Under the pieces are notes generated by a model. That model made no database searches and was not told where the DNA came from. It was given only the letters and a program-made list of their open reading frames with translations. Shown in pieces: positions 10,516 through 20,980 of a stretch of DNA of 64,000 nt. The stretch lies in assembly GCA_010093605.1 (NCBI GenBank), contig MU004195.1:124001-188000 (forward strand). Direction: 5' to 3'. Position numbers and translations under genes: made by a program. The stretch is from Lophium mytilinum (taxonomy: Eukaryota). How positions within the stretch are numbered: position 1 is the first letter of the stretch; every line of letters begins with the position of its first letter.

Positions 10516-12979
10516 GGTTGCGGTGGTGGGGTTGCGGTTTGCGTAAGGTGGTGGTGCGGCGGAGCGGGGAGCTGGTGGAGTTGCAAGGACTCAGGACCTA
10601 GAGGGGGGGGGAGCTTTTATGGCGGCAGGCTGCCAACGGAGCTTTGGAATATGGCTACCTAGTCAGAGTAGCAGGCTGTGAAAGCTGGACCCTGGGCGAG
10701 ATGGTGAAGTGTAGGTAGAAGGCAAAGGTGGCAGGCAGAATTGCGGCTCGTCACCGCTGCCGCCAAATCGCGGATCAACTTTAGGGCCGATCCGGAGGCC
10801 TGAGGCAGACATGCTCTATCTAAATTCAACGAACCGCAGACGACGGAATACTGAACAGCTCTTGGCACACGAGGCGAAAATCTATCAATACTGACCAATA
10901 CGCTAGCTAGACAATTTACGGTCCCTACTTCGGTCTGAGCCAGTCGCGCATCGCAGCTGACTTGTGGTACAACTCCAATATATCGGACTGGGCAAGACGT
11001 TCCTAAGGTGCTGCTTTGATTCTTGACAAGCACGTGACAAGGTGCGTGGGAGCTCCAATTTGCTACACTGCTTGGTCCAGCATTATCTACTCAAGATCTG
11101 GCTTTGTGCGAATCAACACACTGTCAGAGTAGTCTGTCTATTAGAACCCCTCGACCATCCGCACTACCACAAGCTCCCATAGGCTGGCACGCCGAAACAG
11201 CACAGCCTTACAGACAGCGAGTTTCAGCGAAACACAGGCCTCGCACGAGCCACAGGTCGAGTCTGTCAAGCCAGCGGGAGCTGTCGAGTCAGGTGACGCT
11301 GAAACTGTGGCTGGTGTTTCAACTCCTTCTCAGGGGCTCCCAGGTGGGCATGTCGACACTTCATTTCGACTGTGACGCCGCCGCATCATCCCAGAGCCCC
11401 GTGAGCCCCGCCGACAGGGCTGTGTAGAATTCTACCGCCCCCAGCCCGAAAATTCTCACGGCAGTTGTCAGCGGCCTCATGTGAGGGTAGAGGTGCAGAC
11501 GGCACCGACTTGCCCACAGCTATGGCGTCAGACCTGCCAGGGCACATGCACTTCAGCGCGCTGTGCGACACATTGCATCTGTCTTACAGGCCGACTTTGG
11601 CAGCGCATGTGGTGCGAGGTGGACGCAGCAGCCAATACTTCCTGGCCGGAATCCTTCACGGGCCGCGCGGGAAATTCTTCTGATTTCGAGAGACTTCAGC
11701 GCCGTTGCTGACGGCGGGTCCAACGGCGGGCGTTGACGAACAATAACAACGCGTGCTGAAATGAAGGAGTCCCCGCGTGGAGCGTGAAGCGTGAAGAGGC
11801 TTCGCCGTGCAGGCCTCCCCCGTGCAAACGAAAGCTTCCCGGGGCTGATCGTTTGAGCCGACGGGACGCCGGGCTGATCATTGGTCGCTGTTTTGCCTTG
11901 TCGGTGGTGCTCTCCTTCGCGCTGGGCATTGTTGTTGTGAGCAGACCTTCTAGAAGGCCTCGCGCGTCCCCCGGTCTCAGAATAGCACCATTCAACTCCT
12001 ACGCGCACCGCCTGAACGACGCCGCCCCAAACACTTGTCCAGGCATCCTGTCTTGTTCAGATTGAATCAGATCCAGTGGGCATGGCGCTGGAAGCATCGG
12101 CGTGCAGCGTCGGCGTGCAGGTGGCAGCGCTCCTGATCCGGCGAGCCACTCCCTCTCGCAACCATGTCGCGCATCGGGGGCATCCATGCTTGCTCCACCA
12201 TGTCCAACGCGTGCTGCAGGTCCATGCCTACAACATCTCGTAAGTCAGCCTCTTATGAGGCCCGGCTTAATATCGAGGCTCCCCACAGCCTCCGCTGCCT
12301 GTTCGCTCATCCGTCTCTCCCCGTTGCCCCATTCTCGTTACCCGTCATCTCTGCTGCGTTTACTTTCTTCCACTCAACTTCACGTTTGATTCACCGCTGC
12401 ACTGCTCGACGCCGCCAGCCCGGATTGCCATACCGCCAGGAAACACTCCCCGGCATAGGCTACTGCACAAGCCACAGCTGCGTCCCGAGAGCGTGAAACC
12501 GTCTTCCCAACCCCCGCAGCACTCGACCGCGCAGGCCATATATCATCGCACGTATACCAACAAGCCTGACCTCGCCCTTTCACCCGTCCAGCCAGCCAGC
12601 CAGCCCGCCCTGCACCTGACCTTGGCTCTGTTACTCTGTCAGCAACCTGCCGAGCGGAAATTGATGCCGCTTCTCTCCTGATCAGCTCGCCGTCACCCAC
12701 TTACTTTTCTTCCATTTGAGTGAACCTCACTGCCATGGTCCTAAGGCTATCGTTGTAGGAACTGGATTGGGGAGCAACACACATTCGTTTTATTATTAGC
12801 CTGGTAGCATACGTTCGTTTCTTTGGGTCGCTGCAGGACGTGCCAGTTTCGCACCTGTGCGTCCGTCTTTCGACACGACCATACAGCAAAAGCATCGTCC
12901 GGATATCCCGGTACATATCAGCTTCGCCTTCACGCCTTTACATCTCTCTACGACTTTCGTTTGCAATCCTTTCGCTATT

Positions 12980-14446
12980 ATGACGGCCAACAAGAATTTT
13001 GGATCTGGACGCCTATTTCTTTCTATCCTCGGAGTGATCACCTGGGTGGTGACTGCAGCCTCCACCGTGTACGCCATTCTCGATGCAGCCTCATTAGCTG
13101 TCGCGCGTCTCTCGTTTCGCGAGTTAGGCATTGCCGCAGCCTCATTGGATGTCGTTTCCTTATGTTGTGTGGGGCTTTTCTTGATGCAGTATGCGTGGAA
13201 GAAAGATGGCATTTGGCCCAACTCGAAACGATTAAAGTGGACCCTGGCACTGGCATGCATTGCAGTGTCGGCTGCTTCCTTGATCATATCTTTGGTTACG
13301 CTCATTGTCATCAAGAAAAACAGTGACGAAGTTTCGCGAAAGACGACGGGGAATTGGACTGGTCGACTTCCAGCCAAGTTTGCCATATGGTCGATCTCAT
13401 GCATCACTCAGGTGGCTCTGTACTCTTACGCCCTCTTCTTCAAACCCGCTTCTTCCAAAAAATCCAATACATCAGTTCAGCAACGTCGGGAGGATCCCCG
13501 CGACTCGGTCATGTCCGAGATGCAACAGCAGCCACCTTCGACCGATATGCAGACCTTAACCCCGCCGCATGCCCACAAAGAGTCAATTGGGTCTTTACCG
13601 TCTCCCACGTTCTCTACACACTCTTCGCAATCACTTAGGTCATGGCGAGAGTCCCTACAACAAGTCGTCCGCCCTGTTACATCTCGCACAAAACTCATCC
13701 GATCCTCACTGTCCCCAGGCCGGGACTCTCGCAGCATCCATTCGGACGTCCAATCCTTCGACACCATCCAAAACGATGGTTTCGACGCATGGGACACCTC
13801 TAGCGTGGACCCACAAACCCAAACCGCCATCATGGCAGCAAGTCCTTTTGGCCTCGAAACAATACCAGGCTCGCGGCCTGCCTCTCCCGCCCACGCCCTC
13901 GACGGCCCATTCTTAGAGGAATCCTCCGGCTGCTCATCGCCTGCTCTCTCCCTTCCGCCCAAAATCTACACCGACTATTCCCGCCCACCGAGCCCAGCTG
14001 TTAGCGAGGCTCACATCCACCCCCTCTTCCGCACCGACTCCCCAACACCCGCCCCGGCCGCAACACCAGGCACCATCGTCCACGCCTCGCCGATGAGCGG
14101 GTCCGTCATCACCTGTCCGCCACGGCCGTATAGCCGCATGCGCTCGAATAGCAGCATGAGCAACAGCCGCGCTACTAGCCCGGGGCGCCTCCGTAGCGAC
14201 AGTCGCACGGACAGCCCAGCCCGCATGCGGAGTGGCAGCCGCACCGCGAGCCCGAGCCCGCTAGCCCACTCGAAGAGCTTCCCGGCCGGGGGCTCGTCGT
14301 CACGCACGCCCAGCCCGCCGAGCAGGGAGATGACGCCGCCGATTCCGGACTTCATCTTGACTAGCAGCCCGCGAAGTAGCTGTGGGGGTGGGCCGGCACG
14401 GCCGAAGATCAGCCTGCAGTCTGATAGAGGCCGCGCTTTGGTATGA
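12980..14446 (+). CDS. Hypothetical fungal protein with ~4 N-terminal TM segments and a long Ser/Pro-rich tail (~488 aa)
   Basis: Long intronless ORF, first ATG at 12980. Hydrophobic N-terminus, EAHIHPLFRTDSP motif and many S-P sites. Confidence 0.8.
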   Translation: MTANKNFGSGRLFLSILGVITWVVTAASTVYAILDAASLAVARLSFRELGIAAASLDVVSLCCVGLFLMQYAWKKDGIWPNSKRLKWTLALACIAVSAASLIISLVTLIVIKKNSDEVSRKTTGNWTGRLPAKFAIWSISCITQVALYSYALFFKPASSKKSNTSVQQRREDPRDSVMSEMQQQPPSTDMQTLTPPHAHKESIGSLPSPTFSTHSSQSLRSWRESLQQVVRPVTSRTKLIRSSLSPGRDSRSIHSDVQSFDTIQNDGFDAWDTSSVDPQTQTAIMAASPFGLETIPGSRPASPAHALDGPFLEESSGCSSPALSLPPKIYTDYSRPPSPAVSEAHIHPLFRTDSPTPAPAATPGTIVHASPMSGSVITCPPRPYSRMRSNSSMSNSRATSPGRLRSDSRTDSPARMRSGSRTASPSPLAHSKSFPAGGSSSRTPSPPSREMTPPIPDFILTSSPRSSCGGGPARPKISLQSDRGRALV

Positions 14447-15475
14447 AAATACCTGTTGTATTATTTTTCTTTTGTAAATGGTGGTTGTGGTGGGCAGTAA
14501 GAGCTGGGGATGAACTAATGTGTGGTCTGGCACTCTTTACGACGGTTAATGACGTGTTTTTTGGACGAGCTGGCTGGTTGACCCGGCTCGATACCCCTTA
14601 CTTTCCTTAAGGAAAAATGGACCGCGAGCGCGCGCGATTGGGGATACGCGGAGAATATGGTAGGCGTTGAAGTGAAAGATAAAATTTCGTGGTAGATTTT
14701 AATCTTTGAGTTGAATTAGGAAAGTCAAAAATGTTCGATGGTGCGCTGCATGTCGTGAAGAAATCAACATGCTGATTAGTGGGTGTTTCTTAGTCTTCTC
14801 TCGCATTCGCAGGATGGGGCCGGGTGTCCGATCTGTCTACCGCTGTCTGAGGTTGCTCAGAAAGGTTTCGCACTTGGCAAAAGGATGGATTTGAATGTGT
14901 CTTTGTTGGCCGAAAGTCTATTGAAGGACCGCAAACGGTGTTATCAAGGCATGAAGAGATACTGTCCTAGCCCTGCAATACCACTAGAGACGGTACCTGG
15001 AAGTCAAAAGGGCTAGTACGATATTTACAATTTGGGCATAGAAAGGATAGATTTTCGGGTTTTTGATTTGGACTGTGGACCAACTACGAAGTTGAATGGG
15101 AAGAAGGCTCCTGAAGCCGGGAAAGAAAAGAAGGTCCTACATTTGTAGGCTACATTTGTAGGATGTGGAAAGGAAGCTGGGGCAGCGGAATCGATATGCA
15201 TTGAGAGAACTTTTGAGGTCGGAGAAAAATCAGGGTCATTCTCTCGGAAGGTTCATATGGATCCGGTCAGTTTACGAGAAGAAAGTTGCAATCTGGCAGT
15301 GGCCATGTGTAAGTCTTGATGCTGCTGACACCCTTGAGGACGACTTCATCGGTCTGACAGGCTCATGTTGATCGACTCGGCGATGAAGCGATAAGGGCGC
15401 AGGGAGCCTAGAATTAACGGCTTAGTGTATGGTGGTTAGCAAGGGAAACAAAGAACATTTACCGAAAATATTCAT

Positions 15476-16629
15476 TTAGGTATTCAACTTCATTCTCGAT
15501 CTCTCCAGTAGTTTAGCCCTGACGGCATCCAGCATCCCATCCACTTTTTCCAACGAGACGGAAGGCAATGATTTCGCATCGAAGTAGAGTCTTTCGCACA
15601 TAGCCAGCACTTTGACCATCGCCCGATCCGTTTTTTCGTAATGTAACGATTTCGAGAGTGCATAGCACATCTCAGACAAGAAAGGCCGAAGCCAACCATA
15701 GGGTAGACGTGTCCTGCTTCTGCACATGCTCTGTCGAATCAGCAAAATTCGCTCTGGGTTCACCCAATCCATTTCTGGCCAGGTGAGTTGACAATATCTG
15801 TGCAGCCGCGCAGCGTCCTCCATTTCAAATTGTTTCTCAAGGTCCAGAAAGGGATCTATCGCGCTATACTCCCCTAGTTGTGCTTTGAGATCTGGATCCT
15901 CCTCATCTAGCACCTGAATTGTCTTGTCCATATAGCAGCTCCCCTGGGTAGTCTCATTATTAGACTCCGAGTCACGGTCCTCATCTTGCGGAGGAATCGA
16001 GAGACTAGATCCTTGATGGGGCCTGGCTGGAACTCGGTCTCTATCTGGTCTCACAGAGTGCGCCAGAGCTTTCTGATTCCACGAACATTTCCTATCATTC
16101 AAATTCTGGAGTCGTCACGGTACTGCGGTAGATAGAAGACATCCTCTGAGTCGATCGGATGAGCTGTCCTTAGGGACGTGGGGTCGTTGGACGTCGTAAC
16201 TAGGGCATAGAGTGTCACCGTTTGAGGCACGGCTTCGAGGATCGGCGCGACGACCATGACGTTGTCACTCTTGTCATCCCAGAGCAGGACATTCTCTAGC
16301 AGGGTTTTTCCAACGGACCTCCCCTTCCTGCCGATGAAATTGCGGTATTTGTAAAGAGAACCCCCAGGCACCCAGCCGACCAGCAGATATTGTTTGGAGC
16401 CTTGCGTGGGCGCACTCTTCTCGCGCTCGTTCAGGTGAGCCGACGGTCTCCTTCCAGGGCCACGGAGCTGCCATTCATAGCATGGAAACTCGCTGCGAAG
16501 AGCCGTAACGAAGACACGTTCTTCTCGGTGCTCTTGCGGGAGAGCCATCGCATGACCGAAGATGTTGAAGGCGTAGTCCTCGAGCTGAACATCCGGCTCC
16601 GCCTTCCGCTTGGCAGATGAAGCAGGCAT
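15476..16629 (-). CDS. Orphan hypothetical protein(s): two abutting ORFs (16099-16629, 15476-16102); junction (intron or frameshift) unresolved
   Basis: Protein-like composition and an ATG start MPASSAKRKAE (NLS-like). The two frames overlap by 4 nt and I found no convincing splice pair. Confidence 0.4.
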
Positions 16630-17880
16630 GCTGGACGTGAAGTGAATCTGTTCGAGACTGAGCTTGATGATGGAGAGGGGGCGGCTGGAGATCGGTAGTC
16701 TGAGGTGGAGGGAGATGAGGCGATGGAAGAGGGGGTGATGAGCTTAGGCCGCAGCGGACTGACGACCTCACTTGATCTACACCGCTATAAGGACTACAGA
16801 GAGGATCGTGGGAATGAAAAGGTCCTAGATTGTTATGGTATATTGAAATATCTTCAATCACCCATCAGCAATATAGAAGACATGTGTCCGTTTGCGACAG
16901 TTTGGGGTCCTTCGATATGCTTTGGAAAATTCGAAAGATATATATCTCTACCATGCTAGACGATGCTTGAACCTGTTTTGCCACCCCAGACAGCGCCACC
17001 CTCATCGTTACCTTTCTGTAAGTTCTGGATATGTGTAGAAGATGTTGGATGCAAGTATGAAATACTAGTGGCTACGGGACTAGGGGGCCCATCAACTAGG
17101 ACAACGACCTGTGTTGAGGTGTTTACCGCCGTTTGAAGTACGTCAGAATATTTTGAAAGATCTAGTTGGAACGTGAACTCTTAGTTCTTTAGAGTCTGTA
17201 AACTCGCCAGGCCACCTCTGACTGCGTCAAGCGGCACTATTCACCACCCAAAAGAGTACTAATGTTCTCGTTTTACATATTCAAAACTGTACGAGATACT
17301 CCTTGAGGTGGTGATAGAACTTAGACATGCTTTTGTCATCCTGCCGTGCGAACGAGTCGTTCGAGGACTCAAACCTGGCCTTTCTAGTTGCGGCTGCACC
17401 GTTCGGCGAGGCTCAATAGGTTATCTAAGATATGAAGGATGAAAGAAAGGGCACAAACAGCTCGTCCAATCATATGAGACAATCTTTCAATGATGTTTTG
17501 TGCTATCAGTTAGCCGTTGTCGTTGTGTAGGTCTGAGAGGTCTAGGACGGGAGTCTTGCGCGCGCGCCAATACAGAGGCGGCACCAACTGTTTTCGATTC
17601 CATCAATACTTAATCAAAGCGAGGATCGGACATGATAATAGAGTCATAATACCATCAATCCGCGAGCTTAAACATCCCCTTTTGCACTGTCGTGGTGGGG
17701 CAACGTTGAAGTCCCGCTCGCGAAACATTCCCCGCATCCCCCACCCCCTCGAGAATTCAACATAATATCAAGAGTAACACGCAATACCCCAATAGTCTCC
17801 TGTATGCTTAATATACGTCTGAAGTCTAGGCTCTCTATCACAAAGTTACTAAAATAAGTGGGGTTGTGGTTGAAAAAGCC

Positions 17881-17938
17881 AAAAAAAAGAGCTCCCAGTC
17901 CTTCACTACCCCGGAATCGAACTCAGGACTACGAAAAA
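17881..17938 (-). terminator. Pol III-type T runs downstream of tRNA-Thr: T5 (17934-17938) and T8 (17881-17888)
   Basis: A5 and A8 runs on the plus strand. The T5 starts ~30 nt after the mature tRNA 3' end. Confidence 0.7.
17913..17924 (-). promoter_or_regulatory. Stand-alone B box (TFIIIC site) GAGTTCGATTCC downstream of the tRNA-Thr gene
   Basis: Matches the B-box consensus GTTCRANYC in the same orientation as the tRNA. Its flanks (CTGAG/CCGGG) do not form a T stem, so it is not a second tRNA. Confidence 0.7.
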
Positions 17939-17968
17939 GCGACGCTAGCATGCTAGCGCATCTATCAC

Positions 17969-18107
17969 TGCCCATTCTCGGAATCGCTAGAACCTGTAAG
18001 CGACTATGTCTGGAGCATAGCAGCGTTGTGGAAGTATACTTACAACCGAGGATCTTCTCATGTCGCATAGATACGAGTGAGACGCTGTACCACTAAGCCA
18101 AACGGGC
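17969..18107 (-). tRNA. tRNA-Thr(CGT) with two introns: 10-nt canonical intron (18062-18071) and 57-nt GT-AG intron in the T-loop (17987-18043)
   Basis: Spliced sequence GCCCGTT TG GCTTAGTGGTACAGC G TCTCA CT CGT AA TGAGA AGATC CTCGG TTCGATT CCGAG AATGGGC A. Acceptor 7/7 (one GU), anticodon stem 5/5, T stem 5/5, canonical T-loop. Confidence 0.9.
17987..18043 (-). other. Spliceosomal-type (U2) intron inserted between tRNA positions T55 and C56
   Basis: GTAAGT 5' splice site. GCTTAC branch-point-like motif (18001-17996) whose A lies 10 nt before the intron end. TTCTAG 3' site. Length 57 nt, matching the ~50-60 nt mRNA introns in this window. Confidence 0.8.
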
Positions 18108-19171
18108 CAGACGGTGATTTTGGGGCGGTGAGGAAATATGCCTTATATCTCGAGTGTTGGACAACCAGGTGTCATCAGTTGTAGAGAGGAGGGGTAGAAG
18201 AAACGTCATCTAGCTTCCCAGGTGACTGTGGGCTGTGGAACGCAAGCTGGTGGGTGGGTCGCCGCGGGCCGGTATGCGGCGGGGCGGCGATAGCGGTCAG
18301 CTCGCAAGCCACATAGCTGATTGGCCAGGTTGGTCACGAAGGTTCACAGGCATGATATAGAGAGAAACTTTTCTTGTATTAGACATACTGAGCTGGGAAT
18401 CATGAAAAGCGGTTGTGCTTTCCTGAACCGTATTGAGGGAACTACATTTGACCAGCATCTCTACGAGATTGTACCCTTCTGCTTCCTATGATTATTTCCA
18501 CTGTAGTCCGTCTGAGACTGTGTCTTACTTGCCCGATTGATAGCTTTTTTAGATATGAAACTGTTTGAGTCGTGACCAGCCCATTCAGCATGCGCTATCA
18601 TGCAGCATTCACGGCTTAACGTCTTAGAAAGCCAAAGCAAGGCACTTACGATGCGGATTCCAGAGTCTTCATTCTTCTATAGGCTCAGCACAAGAAAGGT
18701 TTACGCGAGAGTTGAGATATCAATGATATTCTTGATAAAGCATGCAGATCCTCATATGCCCTAGATGATTGGACAGGTTGACGGTCTATTTACATCTTCT
18801 CCATATGATAAAGCCGCTTCTGAACATGCTTTTGAATGCTTTCGGTCCTCACTGGGACGACGCTACAAGGGTAGGTAGAACTAGTCTTGCATGAGTAATG
18901 CGGAGCATATCGAACCGACATCTTACGCGATCTTCCGAGTCTCATCCCTTTCCTCTCCATCACTGCTCCGAGACCACGCTTCGTACACCCGGTTTTGCTC
19001 CTACATCTTCGTTGTTGGTTTCAAGCTGTGAATGATACCGTTTGCTGCTCGTCGGGATTTGCTGTTTCTAGAAGAAGCGATATCCTGGCGCAGCTCGCTC
19101 AGCTCCGAGAGTAGGATTTCTTTTTCTCTTTTCCTGCGACAAGACTGCGACATGGTGTGAAGGTTTTTGAG

Positions 19172-20980
19172 TTACTGCTGACACGTCCGACTCTTGTGTG
19201 ATGCACACCAGTGGCTGCATCCCGATCGCGATTGGAAGCAAGGGCATTTTGCGGGTTTGCAGTATGGAGCGCATTCGCATGATATCACAGACTTGAGGTC
19301 CGCCAGGATTTCTTGGAACTCTGCCTTGAACTCTTTTTCGTCCCGAGTGCCGGCGAATCGTTTAGCGTCCGAGTCAACCCATCTCTCAAGGGAATCCATC
19401 ACTCCTGCGAATTGGCGAGCTACCAACTCGTTGGACAGACCAGGGTGATTCGCAACGGTGTGAATGTTCCGAAGGATTGAAAGAATCTGCTGGTCATCCC
19501 AGAACATGCCCCCATCCATCAACGCGTCCTCGATCGTGATGGGCGCGTGGACGACCATGGTTCCCGGAGGCATGATCAAGGTGTCGCCGGGCTCTAGAAC
19601 AATCATCTCTAGTCGTCCCTTCTTTGGAAGATACAAACTCTCAAACTTCTTGTAATCTTCCATCTCTTGCTCCGTCAAATTCGTCATCACCGGCCAGGCT
19701 TTCAGTCCCGTCCACAGACGAGCCCAAGTGCCGTTCAGCCAGTCGATGTGGCAGCCCGATACAGCCCCACGTTGCGCATACAGGTTGAATGAGCGGCAAG
19801 AGTAAAAGTCGATGTATGGCTCGCCTGCAGCGTTCTTGATCGGGTCCGTGTGCGGCTTTCCGGCCACCGAGTCCGGGCCCGTTTTGCTCAACGCGCGATC
19901 AGAGAGCGAGGGAATCAATTGGAACCGCCTTCGTTCTAGGATGTCCGGAATCGGCTTCTCCACCACATCGCGTAGATTTAGTAGGTTGTATGGCAAAGAA
20001 TCGTTGCTAAGATGCTTCTTAGCCTTTTCCAGTCGCTGCAGGACCTCTGCTGTTGGAATCGCACGCGCGCTGGGCTGGTCCATGTGAATCGACGGATCTT
20101 GCACATCGATATTGGTGTTGCCGAATCGGTCTTCCATACGCTCCGAGAATTTCTGGCGAATAGATGACTCTAATTGGCTGCGCTGGGGGGCTTCTCGAAC
20201 GACGGTCGGCAGCGTGAGAGGTTTGCCGCTATCGACGTACGCCTCGAGATGATCCCAGGTCGTGTACATGACGTCGGCATCATCTAGAGATTGGACCGTA
20301 TTTGGGCCTAATTTGAGGTGTTCCGGAGCCCAGACGGCTGGCCAAGCGGAATTCTGCAACACATAGATGCCGATTTGCAGCATTTCGTGCCACTTTGATT
20401 GCTTCAAGTTCGGTGGGATAGAGTCTTTGCAAGCTAGCATCTCGCCCAACAGAGTTTCGAGAGCCGCCTCATGTTTGGCTTGGATACTGGCGATCCGCTG
20501 GCTGGCAGCGCGCTCTGTTGAATCAGCTGGATCGATGGCTGCGGGGGAAGAGACGGCGTGGATTGGAGCATTAGGCGGTGCTACCGTTACCGTATCCGGA
20601 ATTTCTGGCGCCTGGGATGATCGGGCAGAGACGTGGCTATGCAGCATGGTTCGGGAAGCCGTCTTTGGAATCTTGCTTGCTCGCCCGGTGCTCCCAAAGT
20701 CGGATGCTTCGATCTGGCGTTTGCGTTTTGGCATGGTTGGCGAAGTTGAGCGAGTCAGGGTCGCTTCGCAGCTAAGTCCCACGGTTCCACCTGCCTCGTC
20801 GCACAAACCATTTCGCTGCTGAATCCATGATTTTCGCGCCGCCAACTGGGTAGCTCTTTGTCGAGGGGTGAAGAACTGCGACTCCAACCGGTCTCCTTTA
20901 ATGGTAATGACGAAGGGCATTTTCTTTGTCTTGCCAGAGCAGACTGCGTCAACCTCCAAAGTCTCACAAAGTCGCCGCAA
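19172..20980 (-). CDS. JmjC-like Fe(II)/2-oxoglutarate cupin protein with a C-terminal Cys-rich (CXC-like) domain; true start uncertain (possibly ATG 20734, MPKRKRQ)
   Basis: 602-aa ORF. GAVSGCHIDW...GLKAW...LEPGDTLIMPPG..VVHAPIT gives the HxD...H triad. C-terminus CECAPYCKPAKCPCFQSRSGCSHWC. Confidence 0.75.
   Translation of the reverse strand: MRRLCETLEVDAVCSGKTKKMPFVITIKGDRLESQFFTPRQRATQLAARKSWIQQRNGLCDEAGGTVGLSCEATLTRSTSPTMPKRKRQIEASDFGSTGRASKIPKTASRTMLHSHVSARSSQAPEIPDTVTVAPPNAPIHAVSSPAAIDPADSTERAASQRIASIQAKHEAALETLLGEMLACKDSIPPNLKQSKWHEMLQIGIYVLQNSAWPAVWAPEHLKLGPNTVQSLDDADVMYTTWDHLEAYVDSGKPLTLPTVVREAPQRSQLESSIRQKFSERMEDRFGNTNIDVQDPSIHMDQPSARAIPTAEVLQRLEKAKKHLSNDSLPYNLLNLRDVVEKPIPDILERRRFQLIPSLSDRALSKTGPDSVAGKPHTDPIKNAAGEPYIDFYSCRSFNLYAQRGAVSGCHIDWLNGTWARLWTGLKAWPVMTNLTEQEMEDYKKFESLYLPKKGRLEMIVLEPGDTLIMPPGTMVVHAPITIEDALMDGGMFWDDQQILSILRNIHTVANHPGLSNELVARQFAGVMDSLERWVDSDAKRFAGTRDEKEFKAEFQEILADLKSVISCECAPYCKPAKCPCFQSRSGCSHWCASHKSRTCQQ

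Noticed and set aside
10660..12900. Many overlapping 60-150 aa ORFs between RAD23 and the membrane protein gene
   Set aside because: Low-complexity GC-rich chance ORFs. More consistent with a promoter or long 5' UTR.
17362..17378. Minus-strand CCAGG-TTTGAGT-CCTCG, T-arm/B-box-like
   Set aside because: The invariant C56 is T, and no D arm, anticodon arm or acceptor stem can be built.
17994..17996. Alternative 3' splice site CAG immediately after the branch motif
   Set aside because: It is too close to the branch A, and using it leaves GTTCTAG in the T-loop. Only the TAG ending at 17987 restores TTCGATT.
17838..18096. Two 76-aa ORFs (17838-18068 minus, 17866-18096 plus) overlapping the tRNA-Thr locus
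   Set aside because: Non-ATG starts and no protein-like features. The sequence is fully explained by the tRNA and its signals. I found no flanking coding exons that would make the GT-AG intron part of an mRNA.
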